64,000 bases of DNA from assembly GCA_964057225.1 (NCBI GenBank), contig OZ059895.1, positions 5,828,001 to 5,892,000 of the forward strand, given 5' to 3'. This document shows, one piece after another, positions 41,201 through 53,946 of the stretch. The first letter of the stretch is position 1; each line of letters starts with the position of its first letter. The position numbers and the translations under genes were made by a program. Origin of the DNA: Auanema rhodensis (Eukaryota > Animalia > Nematoda). The notes below the pieces were generated by a model. That model had not been told where the DNA came from. It did no database searches and saw only the letters and a program-made list of their open reading frames with translations.

Positions 41201-44200
41201 TTTTGTGAACAAAGCATGTGGATGGGGTCCAGATAAACCTTTTTTCCGGAAACAGGAGAGATCCTGATGAAATCTCACTAAGAATTTCAGAATCTACACA
41301 TCTGAATACCTAACCTTAAAGTATTTTTATTTGATTTTAGTTGATGATCTTTAAGTAAATCGAACATTCACCGGGCACAACGTGCCTACAGCCTGAACGT
41401 TTTTGTGAACAAAGCATGTGGATGGGGTCCAGATAAACCTTTTTTCCGGAAACAGGAGAATTCCTGGTGAAATCTCACGAAGAATTTCAGAATCTACACA
41501 TCTGAATACCTAACCTTAACGTATTTTTATTTGATTTTAGTTGATGATCTTTAAGTAAATCGAACATTCACCGGGCACAACGTGCCTACAGTCTGAACGT
41601 TTTTGTGAACAAAGCATGTGGATGGGGTCCAGATAAACCTTTTTTCCGGAAACAGGAGAGATCCTGATGAATTCTCACTAAGAATTTCAGAATCTACACA
41701 TCTGAATACCTAATCTTAAAGTATTTTTATTTGATTTTAGTTGATGATCTTTAAGTAAATCGAACATTCACCGGGCACAACGTGCCTACAGCCTGAACGT
41801 TTTTGTGAACAAAGCATGTGGATGGGGTCCAGATAAACCTTTTTTCCGGAAACAGGAGAGATCCTGATGAAATCTCACTAAGAATTTCAGAATCTACACA
41901 TCTGAATACCTAACCTTAAAGTATTTTTATTTGATTTTAGTTGATGATCTTTAAGTAAATCGAACATTCACCGGGCACAACGTGCCTACAGCCTGAACGT
42001 TTTTGTGAACAAAGCATGTGGATGGGGTCCAGATAAACCTTTTTTCCGGAAACAGGAGAATTCCTGGTGAAATCTCACTAAGAATTTCAGAATCTACACA
42101 TCTGAATACCTAACCTTAACGTATTTTTATTTGATTTTAGTTGATGATCTTTAAGTAAATCGAACATTCACCGGGCACAACGTGCCTACAGTCTGAACGT
42201 TTTTGTGAACAAAGCATGTGGATGGGGTCCAGATAAACCTTTTTTCCGGAAACAGGAGAATTCCTGGTGAAATCTCACTAAGAATTTCAGAATCTACACA
42301 TCTGAATACCTAACCTTAAAGTATTTTTATTTGATTTTAGTTGATGATCTTTAAGTAAATCGAACATTCACCGGGCACAACGTGCCTACAGTCTGAACGT
42401 TTTTGTGAACAAAGCATGTGGATGGGGTCCAGATAAACCTTTTTTTCCGGAAACAGGAGAGATCCTGGTGAAATCTCACTAAGAATTTCAGAATCTACAC
42501 ATCTGAATACCTAACCTTAAAGTATTTTTATTTGATTTTAGTTGATGATCTTTAAGTAAATCGAACATTCACCGGGCACAACGTGCCTACAGTCTGAACG
42601 TTTTTGTGAACAAAGCATGTGGATGGGGTCCAGATAAACCTTTTTTTCCGGAAACAGGAGAGATCCTGGTGAAATCTCACTAAGAATTTCAGAATCTACA
42701 CATCTGAATACCTAACCTTAAAGTATTTTTATTTGATTTTAGTTGATGATCTTTAAGTAAATCGAACATTCACCGGGCACAACGTGCCTACAGCCTGAAC
42801 GTTTTTGTGAACAAAGCATGTGGATGGGGTCCAGATAAACCTTTTTTTCCGGAAACAGGAGAGATCCTGGTGAAATCTCACTAAGAATTTCAGAATCTAC
42901 ACATCTGAATACCTAACCTTAAAGTATTTTTATTTGATTTTAGTTGATGATCTTTAAGTAAATCGAACATTCACCGGGCACAACGTGCCTACAGTCTGAA
43001 CGTTTTTGTGAACAAAGCATGTGGATGGGGTCCAGATAAACCTTTTTTCCGGAAACAGGAGAGATCCTGGTGAAATCTCACTAAGAATTTCAGAATCTAC
43101 ACATCTGAATACCTAACCTTAAAGTATTTTTATTTGATTTTAGTTGATGATCTTTAAGTAAATCGAACATTCACCGGGCACAACGTGCCTACAGCCTGAA
43201 CGTTTTTGTGAACAAAGCATGTGGATGGGGTCCAGATAAACCTTTTTTTCCGGAAACAGGAGAGATCCTGGTGAAATCTCACTAAGAATTTCAGAATCTA
43301 CACATCTGAATACCTAACCTTAACGTATTTTTATTTGATTTTAGTTGATGATCTTTAAGTAAATCGAACATTCACCGGGCACAACGTGCCTACAGTCTGA
43401 ACGTTTTTGTGAACAAAGCATGTGGATGGGGTCCAGATAAACCTTTTTTCCGGAAACAGGAGAGATCCTGATGAATTCTCACTAAGAATTTCAGAATCTA
43501 CACATCTGAATACCTAATCTTAAAGTATTTTTATTTGATTTTAGTTGATGATCTTTAAGTAAATCGAACATTCACCGGGCACAACGTGCCTACAGCCTGA
43601 ACGTTTTTGTGAACAAAGCATGTGGATGGGGTCCAGATAAACCTTTTTTCCGGAAACAGGAGAGATCCTGATGAAATCTCACTAAGAATTTCAGAATCTA
43701 CACATCTGAATACCTAACCTTAAAGTATTTTTATTTGATTTTAGTTGATGATCTTTAAGTAAATCGAACATTCACCGGGCACAACGTGCCTACAGCCTGA
43801 ACGTTTTTGTGAACAAAGCATGTGGATGGGGTCCAGATAAACCTTTTTTCCGGAAACAGGAGAATTCCTGGTGAAATCTCACGAAGAATTTCAGAATCTA
43901 CACATCTGAATACCTAACCTTAACGAATTTTTATTTGATTTTAGTTGATGATCTTTAAGTAAATCGAACATTCACCGGGCACAACGTGCCTACAGCCTGA
44001 ACGTTTTTGTGAACAAAGCATGTGGATGGGCTCCAGATAAACCTTTTTTCCGGAAACAGGAGAATTCCTGGTGAAATCTCACGAAGAATTTCAGAATCTA
44101 CACATCTGAATACCTAACCTTAACGAATTTTTATTTGATTTTAGTTGATGATCTTTAAGTAAATCGAACATTCACCGGGCACAACGTGCCTACAGCCTGA

Positions 44201-47200
44201 ACGTTTTTGTGAACAAAGCATGTGGATGGGGTCCAGATAAACCTTTTTTCCGGAAACAGGAGAATTCCTGGTGAAATCTCACTAAGAATTTCAGAATCTA
44301 CACATCTGAATACCTAACCTTAAAGTATTTTTATTTGATTTTAGTTGATGATCTTTAAGTAAATCGAACATTCACCGGGCACAACGTGCCTACAGCCTGA
44401 ACGTTTTTGTGAACAAAGCATGTGGATGGGCTCCAGATAAACCTTTTTTCCGGAAACAGGAGAATTCCTGGTGAAATCTCACTAAGAATTTCAGAATCTA
44501 CACATCTGAATACCTAACGTTAAAGTATTTTTATTTGATTTTAGTTGATGATCTTTAAGTAAATCGAACATTCACCGGGCACAACGTGCCTACAGTCTGA
44601 ACGTTTTTGTGAACAAAGCATGTGGATGGGGTCCAGATAAACCTTTTTTCCGGAAACAGGAGAATTCCTGGTGAAATCTCACTAAGAATTTCAGAATCTA
44701 CACATCTGAATACCTAACGTTAAAGTATTTTTATTTGATTTTAGTTGATGATCTTTAAGTAAATCGAACATTCACCGGGCACAACGTGCCTACAGTCTGA
44801 ACGTTTTTGTGAACAAAGCATGTGGATGGGGTCCAGATAAACCTTTTTTCCGGAAACAGGAGAATTCCTGGTGAAATCTCACTAAGAATTTCAGAATCTA
44901 CACATCTGAATACCTAACCTTAAAGTATTTTTATTTGATTTTAGTTGATGATCTTTAAGTAAATCGAACATTCACCGGGCACAACGTGCCTACAGCCTGA
45001 ACGTTTTTGTGAACAAAGCATGTGGATGGGGTCCAGATAAACCTTTTTTCCGGAAACAGGAGAGATCCTGGTGAATTCTCACTAAGAATTTCAGAATCTA
45101 CACATCTGAATACCTAACCTTAACGAATTTTTATTTGATTTTAGTTGATGATCTTTAAGTAAATCGAACATTCACCGGGCACAACGTGCCTACAGCCTGA
45201 ACGTTTTTGTGAACAAAGCATGTGGATGGGGTCCAGATAAACCTTTTTTCCGGAAACAGGAGAGATCCTGGTGAAATCTCACTAAGAATTTCAGAATCTA
45301 CACATCTGAATACCTAACCTTAAAGTATTTTTATTTGATTTTAGTTGATGATCTTTAAGTAAATCGAACATTCACCGGGCACAACGTGCCTACAGTCTGA
45401 ACGTTTTTGTGAACAAAGCATGTGGATGGGGTCCAGATAAACCTTTTTTCCGGAAACAGGAGAATTCCTGGTGAAATCTCACTAAGAATTTCAGAATCTA
45501 CACATCTGAATACCTAACCTTAACGAATTTTTATTTGATTTTAGTTGATGATCTTTAAGTAAATCGAACATTCACCGGGCACAACGTGCCTACAGCCTGA
45601 ACGTTTTTGTGAACAAAGCATGTGGATGGGGTCCAGATAAACCTTTTTTCCGGAAACAGGAGAGATCCTGGTGAATTCTCACTAAGAATTTCAGAATCTA
45701 CACATCTGAATACCTAACCTTAAAGTATTTTTATTTGATTTTAGTTGATGATCTTTAAGTAAATCGAACATTCACCGGGCACAACGTGCCTACAGCCTGA
45801 ACGTTTTTGTGAACAAAGCATGTGGATGGGGTCCAGATAAACCTTTTTTCCGGAAACAGGAGAGATCCTGGTGAATTCTCACTAAGAATTTCAGAATCTA
45901 CACATCTGAATACCTAACCTTAAAGTATTTTTATTTGATTTTAGTTGATGATCTTTAAGTAAATCGAACATTCACCGGGCACAACGTGCCTACAGCCTGA
46001 ACGTTTTTGTGAACAAAGCATGTGGATGGGGTCCAGATAAACCTTTTTTCCGGAAACAGGAGAGATCCTGGTGAATTCTCACTAAGAATTTCAGAATCTA
46101 CACATCTGAATACCTAACCTTAACGAATTTTTATTTGATTTTAGTTGATGATCTTTAAGTAAATCGAACATTCACCGGGCACAACGTGCCTACAGCCTGA
46201 ACGTTTTTGTGAACAAAGCATGTGGATGGGGTCCAGATAAACCTTTTTTCCGGAAACAGGAGAGATCCTGGTGAAATCTCACTAAGAATTTCAGAATCTA
46301 CACATCTGAATACCTAACCTTAAAGTATTTTTATTTGATTTTAGTTGATGATCTTTAAGTAAATCGAACATTCACCGGGCACAACGTGCCTACAGTCTGA
46401 ACGTTTTTGTGAACAAAGCATGTGGATGGGGTCCAGATAAACCTTTTTTCCGGAAACAGGAGAGATCCTGGTGAAATCTCACTAAGAATTTCAGAATCTA
46501 CACATCTGAATACCTAACCTTAAAGTATTTTTATTTGATTTTAGTTGATGATCTTTAAGTAAATCGAACATTCACCGGGCACAACGTGCCTACAGCCTGA
46601 ACGTTTTTGTGAACAAAGCATGTGGATGGGGTCCAGATAAACCTTTTTTCCGGAAACAGGAGAATTCCTGGTGAAATCTCACGAAGAATTTCAGAATCTA
46701 CACATCTGAATACCTAACCTTAACGAATTTTTATTTGATTTTAGTTGATGATCTTTAAGTAAATCGAACATTCACCGGGCACAACGTGCCTACAGCCTGA
46801 ACGTTTTTGTGAACAAAGCATGTGGATGGGCTCCAGATAAACCTTTTTTCCGGAAACAGGAGAATTCCTGGTGAAATCTCACTAAGAATTTCAGAATCTA
46901 CACATCTGAATACCTAACCTTAAAGTATTTTTATTTGATTTTAGTTGATGATCTTTAAGTAAATCGAACATTCACCGGGCACAACGTGCCTACAGCCTGA
47001 ACGTTTTTGTGAACAAAGCATGTGGATGGGGTCCAGATAAACCTTTTTTCCGGAAACAGGAGAGATCCTGGTGAAATCTCACTAAGAATTTCAGAATCTA
47101 CACATCTGAATACTTAACCTTAAAGTATTTTTATTTGATTTTAGTTGATGATCTTTAAGTAAATCGAACATTCACCGGGCACAACGTGCCTACAGTCTGA

Positions 47201-49505
47201 ACGTTTTTGTGAACAAAGCATGTGGATGGGGTCCAGATAAACCTTTTTTCCGGAAACAGGAGAGATCCTGGTGAAATCTCACTAAGAATTTCAGAATCTA
47301 CACATCTGAATACCTAACCTTAAAGTATTTTTATTTGATTTTAGTTGATGATCTTTAAGTAAATCGAACATTCACCGGGCACAACGTGCCTACAGCCTGA
47401 ACGTTTTTGTGAACAAAGCATGTGGATGGGGTCCAGATAAACCTTTTTTCCGGAAACAGGAGAATTCCTGGTGAAATCTCACTAAGAATTTCAGAATCTA
47501 CACATCTGAATACCTAACCTTAAAGTATTTTTATTTGATTTTAGTTGATGATCTTTAAGTAAATCGAACATTCACCGGGCACAACGTGCCTACAGCCTGA
47601 ACGTTTTTGTGAACAAAGCATGTGGATGGGGTCCAGATAAACCTTTTTTCCGGAAACAGGAGAGATCCTGGTGAATTCTCACTAAGAATTTCAGAATCTA
47701 CACATCTGAATACCTAACCTTAAAGTATTTTTATTTGATTTTAGTTGATGATCTTTAAGTAAATCGAACATTCACCGGGCACAACGTGCCTACAGCCTTA
47801 ACGTTTTTGTGAACAAAGCATGTGAATGGGGTCCAGATAAACCTTTTTTCCGGAAACAGGAGAATTCCTGGTGAAATCTCACTAAGAATTTCAGAATCTA
47901 CACATCTGAATACCTAACCTTAAAGTATTTTTATTTGATTTTAGTTGATGATCTTTAAGTAAATCGAACATTCACCGGGCACAACGTGCCTACAGCCTGA
48001 ACGTTTTTGTGAACAAAGCATGTGGATGGGGTCCAGATAAACCTTTTTTCCGGAAACAGGAGAATTCCTGGTGAAATCTCACGAAGAATTTCAGAATCTA
48101 CACATCTGAATACCTAACCTTAACGAATTTTTATTTGATTTTAGTTGATGATCTTTAAGTAAATCGAACATTCACCGGGCACAACGTGCCTACAGCCTGA
48201 ACGTTTTTGTGAACAAAGCATGTGGATGGGCTCCAGATAAACCTTTTTTCCGGAAACAGGAGAATTCCTGGTGAAATCTCACTAAGAATTTCAGAATCTA
48301 CACATCTGAATACCTAACCTTAAAGTATTTTTATTTGATTTTAGTTGATGATCTTTAAGTAAATCGAACATTCACCGGGCACAACGTGCCTACAGCCTGA
48401 ACGTTTTTGTGAACAAAGCATGTGGATGGGGTCCAGATAAACCTTTTTTCCGGAAACAGGAGAGATCCTGGTGAAATCTCACTAAGAATTTCAGAATCTA
48501 CACATCTGAATACTTAACCTTAAAGTATTTTTATTTGATTTTAGTTGATGATCTTTAAGTAAATCGAACATTCACCGGGCACAACGTGCCTACAGTCTGA
48601 ACGTTTTTGTGAACAAAGCATGTGGATGGGGTCCAGATAAACCTTTTTTCCGGAAACAGGAGAGATCCTGGTGAAATCTCACTAAGAATTTCAGAATCTA
48701 CACATCTGAATACCTAACCTTAAAGTATTTTTATTTGATTTTAGTTGATGATCTTTAAGTAAATCGAACATTCACCGGGCACAACGTGCCTACAGCCTGA
48801 ACGTTTTTGTGAACAAAGCATGTGGATGGGGTCCAGATAAACCTTTTTTCCGGAAACAGGAGAATTCCTGGTGAAATCTCACTAAGAATTTCAGAATCTA
48901 CACATCTGAATACCTAACCTTAAAGTATTTTTATTTGATTTTAGTTGATGATCTTTAAGTAAATCGAACATTCACCGGGCACAACGTGCCTACAGCCTGA
49001 ACGTTTTTGTGAACAAAGCATGTGGATGGGGTCCAGATAAACCTTTTTTCCGGAAACAGGAGAGATCCTGGTGAAATCTCACTAAGAATTTCAGAATCTA
49101 CACATCTGAATACTTAACCTTAAAGTATTTTTATTTGATTTTAGTTGATGATCTTTAAGTAAATCGAACATTCACCGGGCACAACGTGCCTACAGCCTGA
49201 ACGTTTTTGTGAACAAAGCATGTGGATGGGGTCCAGATAAACCTTTTTTCCGGAAACAGGAGAGATCCTGGTGAATTCTCACTAAGAATTTCAGAATCTA
49301 CACATCTGAATACCTAACCTTAACGAATTTTTATTTGATTTTAGTTGATGATCTTTAAGTAAATCGAACATTCACCGGGCACAACGTGCCTACAGCCTGA
49401 ACGTTTTTGTGAACAAAGCATGTGGATGGGGTCCAGATAAACCTTTTTTCCGGAAACAGGAGAATTCCTGGTGAAATCTCACTAAGAATTTCAGATTCTA
49501 CACAT
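20234..49505 (+). repeat. 200-bp satellite array: 146 full monomers plus a partial one (~29.3 kb)
   Basis: Monomer ACCTTTTTTCCGGAAACAGGAGAATTCCTGGTGAAATCTCAC...GGGGTCCAGATAA. First monomer starts at 20234 and last at 49441; the difference 29207 = 146x200 + 7 single-T insertions. Only a few substitutions per monomer and no ORF >=60 aa. Confidence 0.99.
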
Positions 49506-49652
49506 TCAGATCAGATTTATGATCTTTGAGAAAAACGGAGATTCACTAGGAGTATGGGCTGAAGAATTATTGAATTATTCTTCGCGATTTTTGAAAAATT
49601 AGAAAGCGCTAAGAAAGAGATTTTCGAGATTTGTTTTATTAAACAGCAGATC

Positions 49653-50223
49653 ATAAGCAAAAACTTGGTTAGGTTGAGGAAAGAGAACCAACTCAGACAA
49701 ATGCCTCGGTATCATCAACTAGTGTTATGACTCGTCATCTTTCTGTCTTCATCAATGGTTTTAAATTCTTTAAGGTAGGCAGATAGATGATTATTTGGAA
49801 AATGTATATTCTTTTTTCCGTATTTCGGTTGAGTTTGAAGCACAAAAAAAATTTGAAAAGTTATTCCGTTGCGGGGAATCGAACCCCGGCCTTATGGGTG
49901 AGAGCCATAAATCCTAACCACTAGACCACAACGGACATGTCATAGTGCTTTCTGATGTAATACAGAACTTCATATTCGCAACAACTGTTGCGATTTCGTA
50001 GCGAACGAATAGAATAACTCAATAGATGAATACAAAATCAACTAAAACTTATAAAATTGAATTATTTCCATAAAATATTATTTTTTTTGTTTTTAATAAA
50101 ACTCATTCTTTCCTACATGTAAAACTTTTTTTTTTTTGAATTTTTTATTAAAAAATTTAAAAAAATGAAACATTTTTGAATTTTAGTATATTGTTATCAA
50201 TCAGAAATATCTTTAAAAAATAT
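49653..50223 (-). repeat. Right arm of 571-bp long inverted repeat (partner 17103-17673)
   Basis: Reverse complement of 17103-17673. Confidence 0.95.
49864..49935 (-). tRNA. tRNA-Glu(CTC)
   Basis: Exact reverse complement of 17391-17462, with the same terminator. Confidence 0.97.
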
Positions 50224-50987
50224 TTCAAAGTTTTCGTCTGTTGTTTATTCATTCTAAACACATTAGATAATTAAATCCTTAATTATGTGACATAAAATAG
50301 AAATTTGACGACGAAAAAACCAATCTTGATCATGATCATCTGTTCATTAGAATCTCATATAGACATGGTCTGTTCTTTTCTCATTTTCCATATCTGGGCT
50401 CTATTCAAGCCTAATCCTGTTACCACGGAGTGCAACCATCTGGCGCTCGTATGACCATTTACGGTTTGCTCTTTTTCTCTGTTTCTCTTTCTCTCTCTAC
50501 GTATTTTCCATATATTTCATATTCGTTACTCTAGATGATGTTCATAAGAAGAAGAAAATAGTGCTAGATGATGGTTGAAAGACATTGAATAAGTCATAGA
50601 GTATATAAGAAATAGAATGATGAAAACAGAGAGGGTACAGAAAAAGAGAAACCACAGCATAGTGAGGGAAAGGGCAAAGAGAAGCTTACAGCCTCTTACT
50701 GAATGATGATCCAGAGAATTGCCATACGATGAAGAGTAGTCAACAGTCCTCTTCTATTTGGGGCTTTGTGGCAGCTTCTCTAATCCTACACTCTATACTG
50801 CATGACCGTCTGCCGGTCTAGGCTCTTTTGATCTGGAAAAACAGACCAAGCTGGCTTAGGGTAGATGAGCATAGCCAACTACCCTATATCGTCAACAACG
50901 AGTTCGAGCTCCAATCATGAGATTGATCTTCTCTTTTCTTATTTCTTGTAGCCGCTGGTTTGCCCATAGAGCATTCACACTCCCCCA

Positions 50988-50991
<4 letters not shown>

Positions 50992-51066
<75 letters not shown>
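50992..51066. repeat. (CT)n microsatellite
   Basis: ~75-bp CT run. Confidence 0.95.
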
Positions 51067-51070
<4 letters not shown>

Positions 51071-53219
51071 TCACTCTTTAACCTTCTCTCTATTCATTTC
51101 TTAGCTGTCTGTGTTTGGTATGACAGCCGGAGAATATAATGAGAAAGACAGTTAGTTTAAGTAATCGTTGTCTTCGTCATCAGCGTTGGTCAGTTTCCAA
51201 GAAATGAGAGAAAGGCAAGAGACTAATTGATTTGTTATGCAGCTCCAGCATTAAAAATTCTCCACAGTTTATTCTCCCTATGACTTCAATTTCTTATATT
51301 CTTCTTCTGAATAAACTAGTTTTTCTATTTTATTTCTTCAAAATCTTATTTTTCTTACTTTTAATATAAGAAAATTATAAAATATACATCAATCTATATA
51401 TATATTATTCATTTTTATTAAACTTTATAGTATAAGCTGTTGCTCTTTTAACAATAAATAATAAAATATATATTATATTCTTATATTTATAACCAAAAAA
51501 ATATATTTTTTTCAAATATATTTAAGTATTTGCTGAAAAATTCAACATCTTGCTATAAGCTTTTCAATTTATTCTTCTCTTCTCATGTACTTTCCACATT
51601 TCAAAGTAGGGTTGTTCAACTAAATTCAACTTGAGCACTAGCTTCTATAAACTTTTTCTTATTCAAATATAATCATTTTTATATTTTCAATCATTGAATA
51701 TATATATATATATACATATAAATTGTGTTGAAAACTTAATTCTCAGCTTACTTTCCTTCAAAGTTTTTCATGAAAATTGAAAGAAAAAAATAAGAAAAAG
51801 TTGAAAACAAATATTTTAACCTTTTGAAACATACAATGAATTATTGTAATTTATCTTTTATTATATATATATACAAGTTATCCTATTTCTTTTCCTATTT
51901 TTTCGTTGAAGAAATAACAGATAAATACTGACGTCTGTTTCATTTTCACCTAATATTCTCTACTTGACATTAACTTCTGGTCAGAAGATATTTTTTCTTT
52001 AATAGTATTTTAACCTTATAATATAAACATTCATTATTTTATATTTCTATGTATATATGTGTATACTATTCATACCATATAACCGTTAATTATATGAGAA
52101 TGGTCACGGCTGGCTGTTGACTGACCTCATCATCATCAGCATCATCAGCATCATCATCTTCCTGCTTCACCACATAGACTTACATATACACATAGACACA
52201 TCATTCAATGTTTTCTTATGTTCTTTCCTTAATTTTTTTTTATTTCTTTTATAAAGATTATATTTTATTTCAAATCTTTCTTCAGCTTTTTCAATATTTC
52301 TTCATCAAATAATTGATTTTCTCTTATTTTATCTCTCGAAACTTGATCAAAAAACATTTTTTAAACTGAATTTTTACATAAAAAATGAAATAAAACAGCT
52401 TTTCATAGCATTTTCCTCACATTTTTCTGCAACAATAATTTAAAGATAAATCATGAATAATAGATTTTCGACTGAAATAGATGACAATATCTGGCAATAT
52501 GACAGCACAAGCTTACATTAACTAAGTCAGCGACTGACCATCAAAGAGCTCTAACCTAGGTCATGGAAAATTGCTCCAGTTCCTGCTATTAGATCTAAAG
52601 CTATAACTATATGCTCAAAGTAATATAACCTATATTTAAAACTTTTTCTCATCATTATCGAAGTTTTAAAAAAAGAAATTAAGCAGCTGATGTTACAACT
52701 TCATTTATAATTTTTTTTTTGTAAAAGTAAATTTGTTGAAAGAACATGAAATATCTTTACATCTTTCACATCATTTTCATTTCATCTCATTTTATTTTTA
52801 TTTTGACATGTTCAGACATATATACACGAAGCAAATATGTGATGCCTTCTTTCTGATAGACATCTGCCGTTTCTTCATTAATTTTGCCTCAGGGGTTCTT
52901 TTCTCATGCTTCTTCATTCTTTTCATCGTCTCGTCTGTCTTCCTCATCCACAATTCACCTCAAATGAATTCTTTTTCTGTTGTCATTTCTCAACAAAAAC
53001 TTTTTATAATGGCTAATACTCAACCTATGAAATATGTTTTCAAGAGTATATGATAAGTTTAATCATAAGGTATATCTAATGATATTGGTATTTCAACTTC
53101 ATATAGCTTTCTATTATCTTCAATGAAATATTTTTTTGCTTTTATTCTTATTGGAAATCTTGAAAAATTCATTTCTTTAAATCTACTCAAAGCTTTTTGT
53201 ATCTACTACATCTACGCTC

Positions 53220-53260
<41 letters not shown>

Positions 53261-53909
53261 TCTCATTAGAGAATGGAGCAAGTAACATGATTATGCATTG
53301 ATGCTGAATTATGTGAAACATACTTCTAAAGCTTTTTTGTTTCCTTATAGTAGTTATTCCAAATAAATTAAATTTTTGAAACAAAACACATTCATTCAGT
53401 TGTTTTACGATATATTTTATTTTTTATTTTGATCAATCAAATATCTTAATTATTATCATTTTATTAAATAAAAATTAAAGTTTATATCATATACAATGAC
53501 TATTTTAACTGACCATTAGTGGTCTTGTGAAGAAACGATGATGCAATATATCATATAGTGTTGCTATAAGAGACATGAACAATGATTCATTGTTTCTAGC
53601 AGAGTAACTTGCTCTAAGCTTCATCGACTCTGAGTCATTTGCTGAGACAAAGCTTTGTTGAAGCGCATTGCACGACAGCTATCTTCAGAATATCCGGACT
53701 TCAAGAAACGAATCCTTCTTTGCTGACTTTCCTAAGTTTAGCCGACAGGAACTTTCCTGAAGTTCTTTCATCTTCTTCTTTCACTTCAGTTCCTTCATAC
53801 TTTTACTAATGATCGTTAGCCAACTTTATAAATAGAATTTATAACTTTCTTCCATTAATAGAAGGAAAAACTGAGAAAAAGAAAATTGAAGAAGCCAGCT
53901 GGTATCTCA

Positions 53910-53946
<37 letters not shown>

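Noticed and set aside
20234-49505. CRISPR array or protein-coding repeat
   Set aside because: No unique spacers, no cas genes, eukaryotic context, and no ORF >=60 aa across the monomers.
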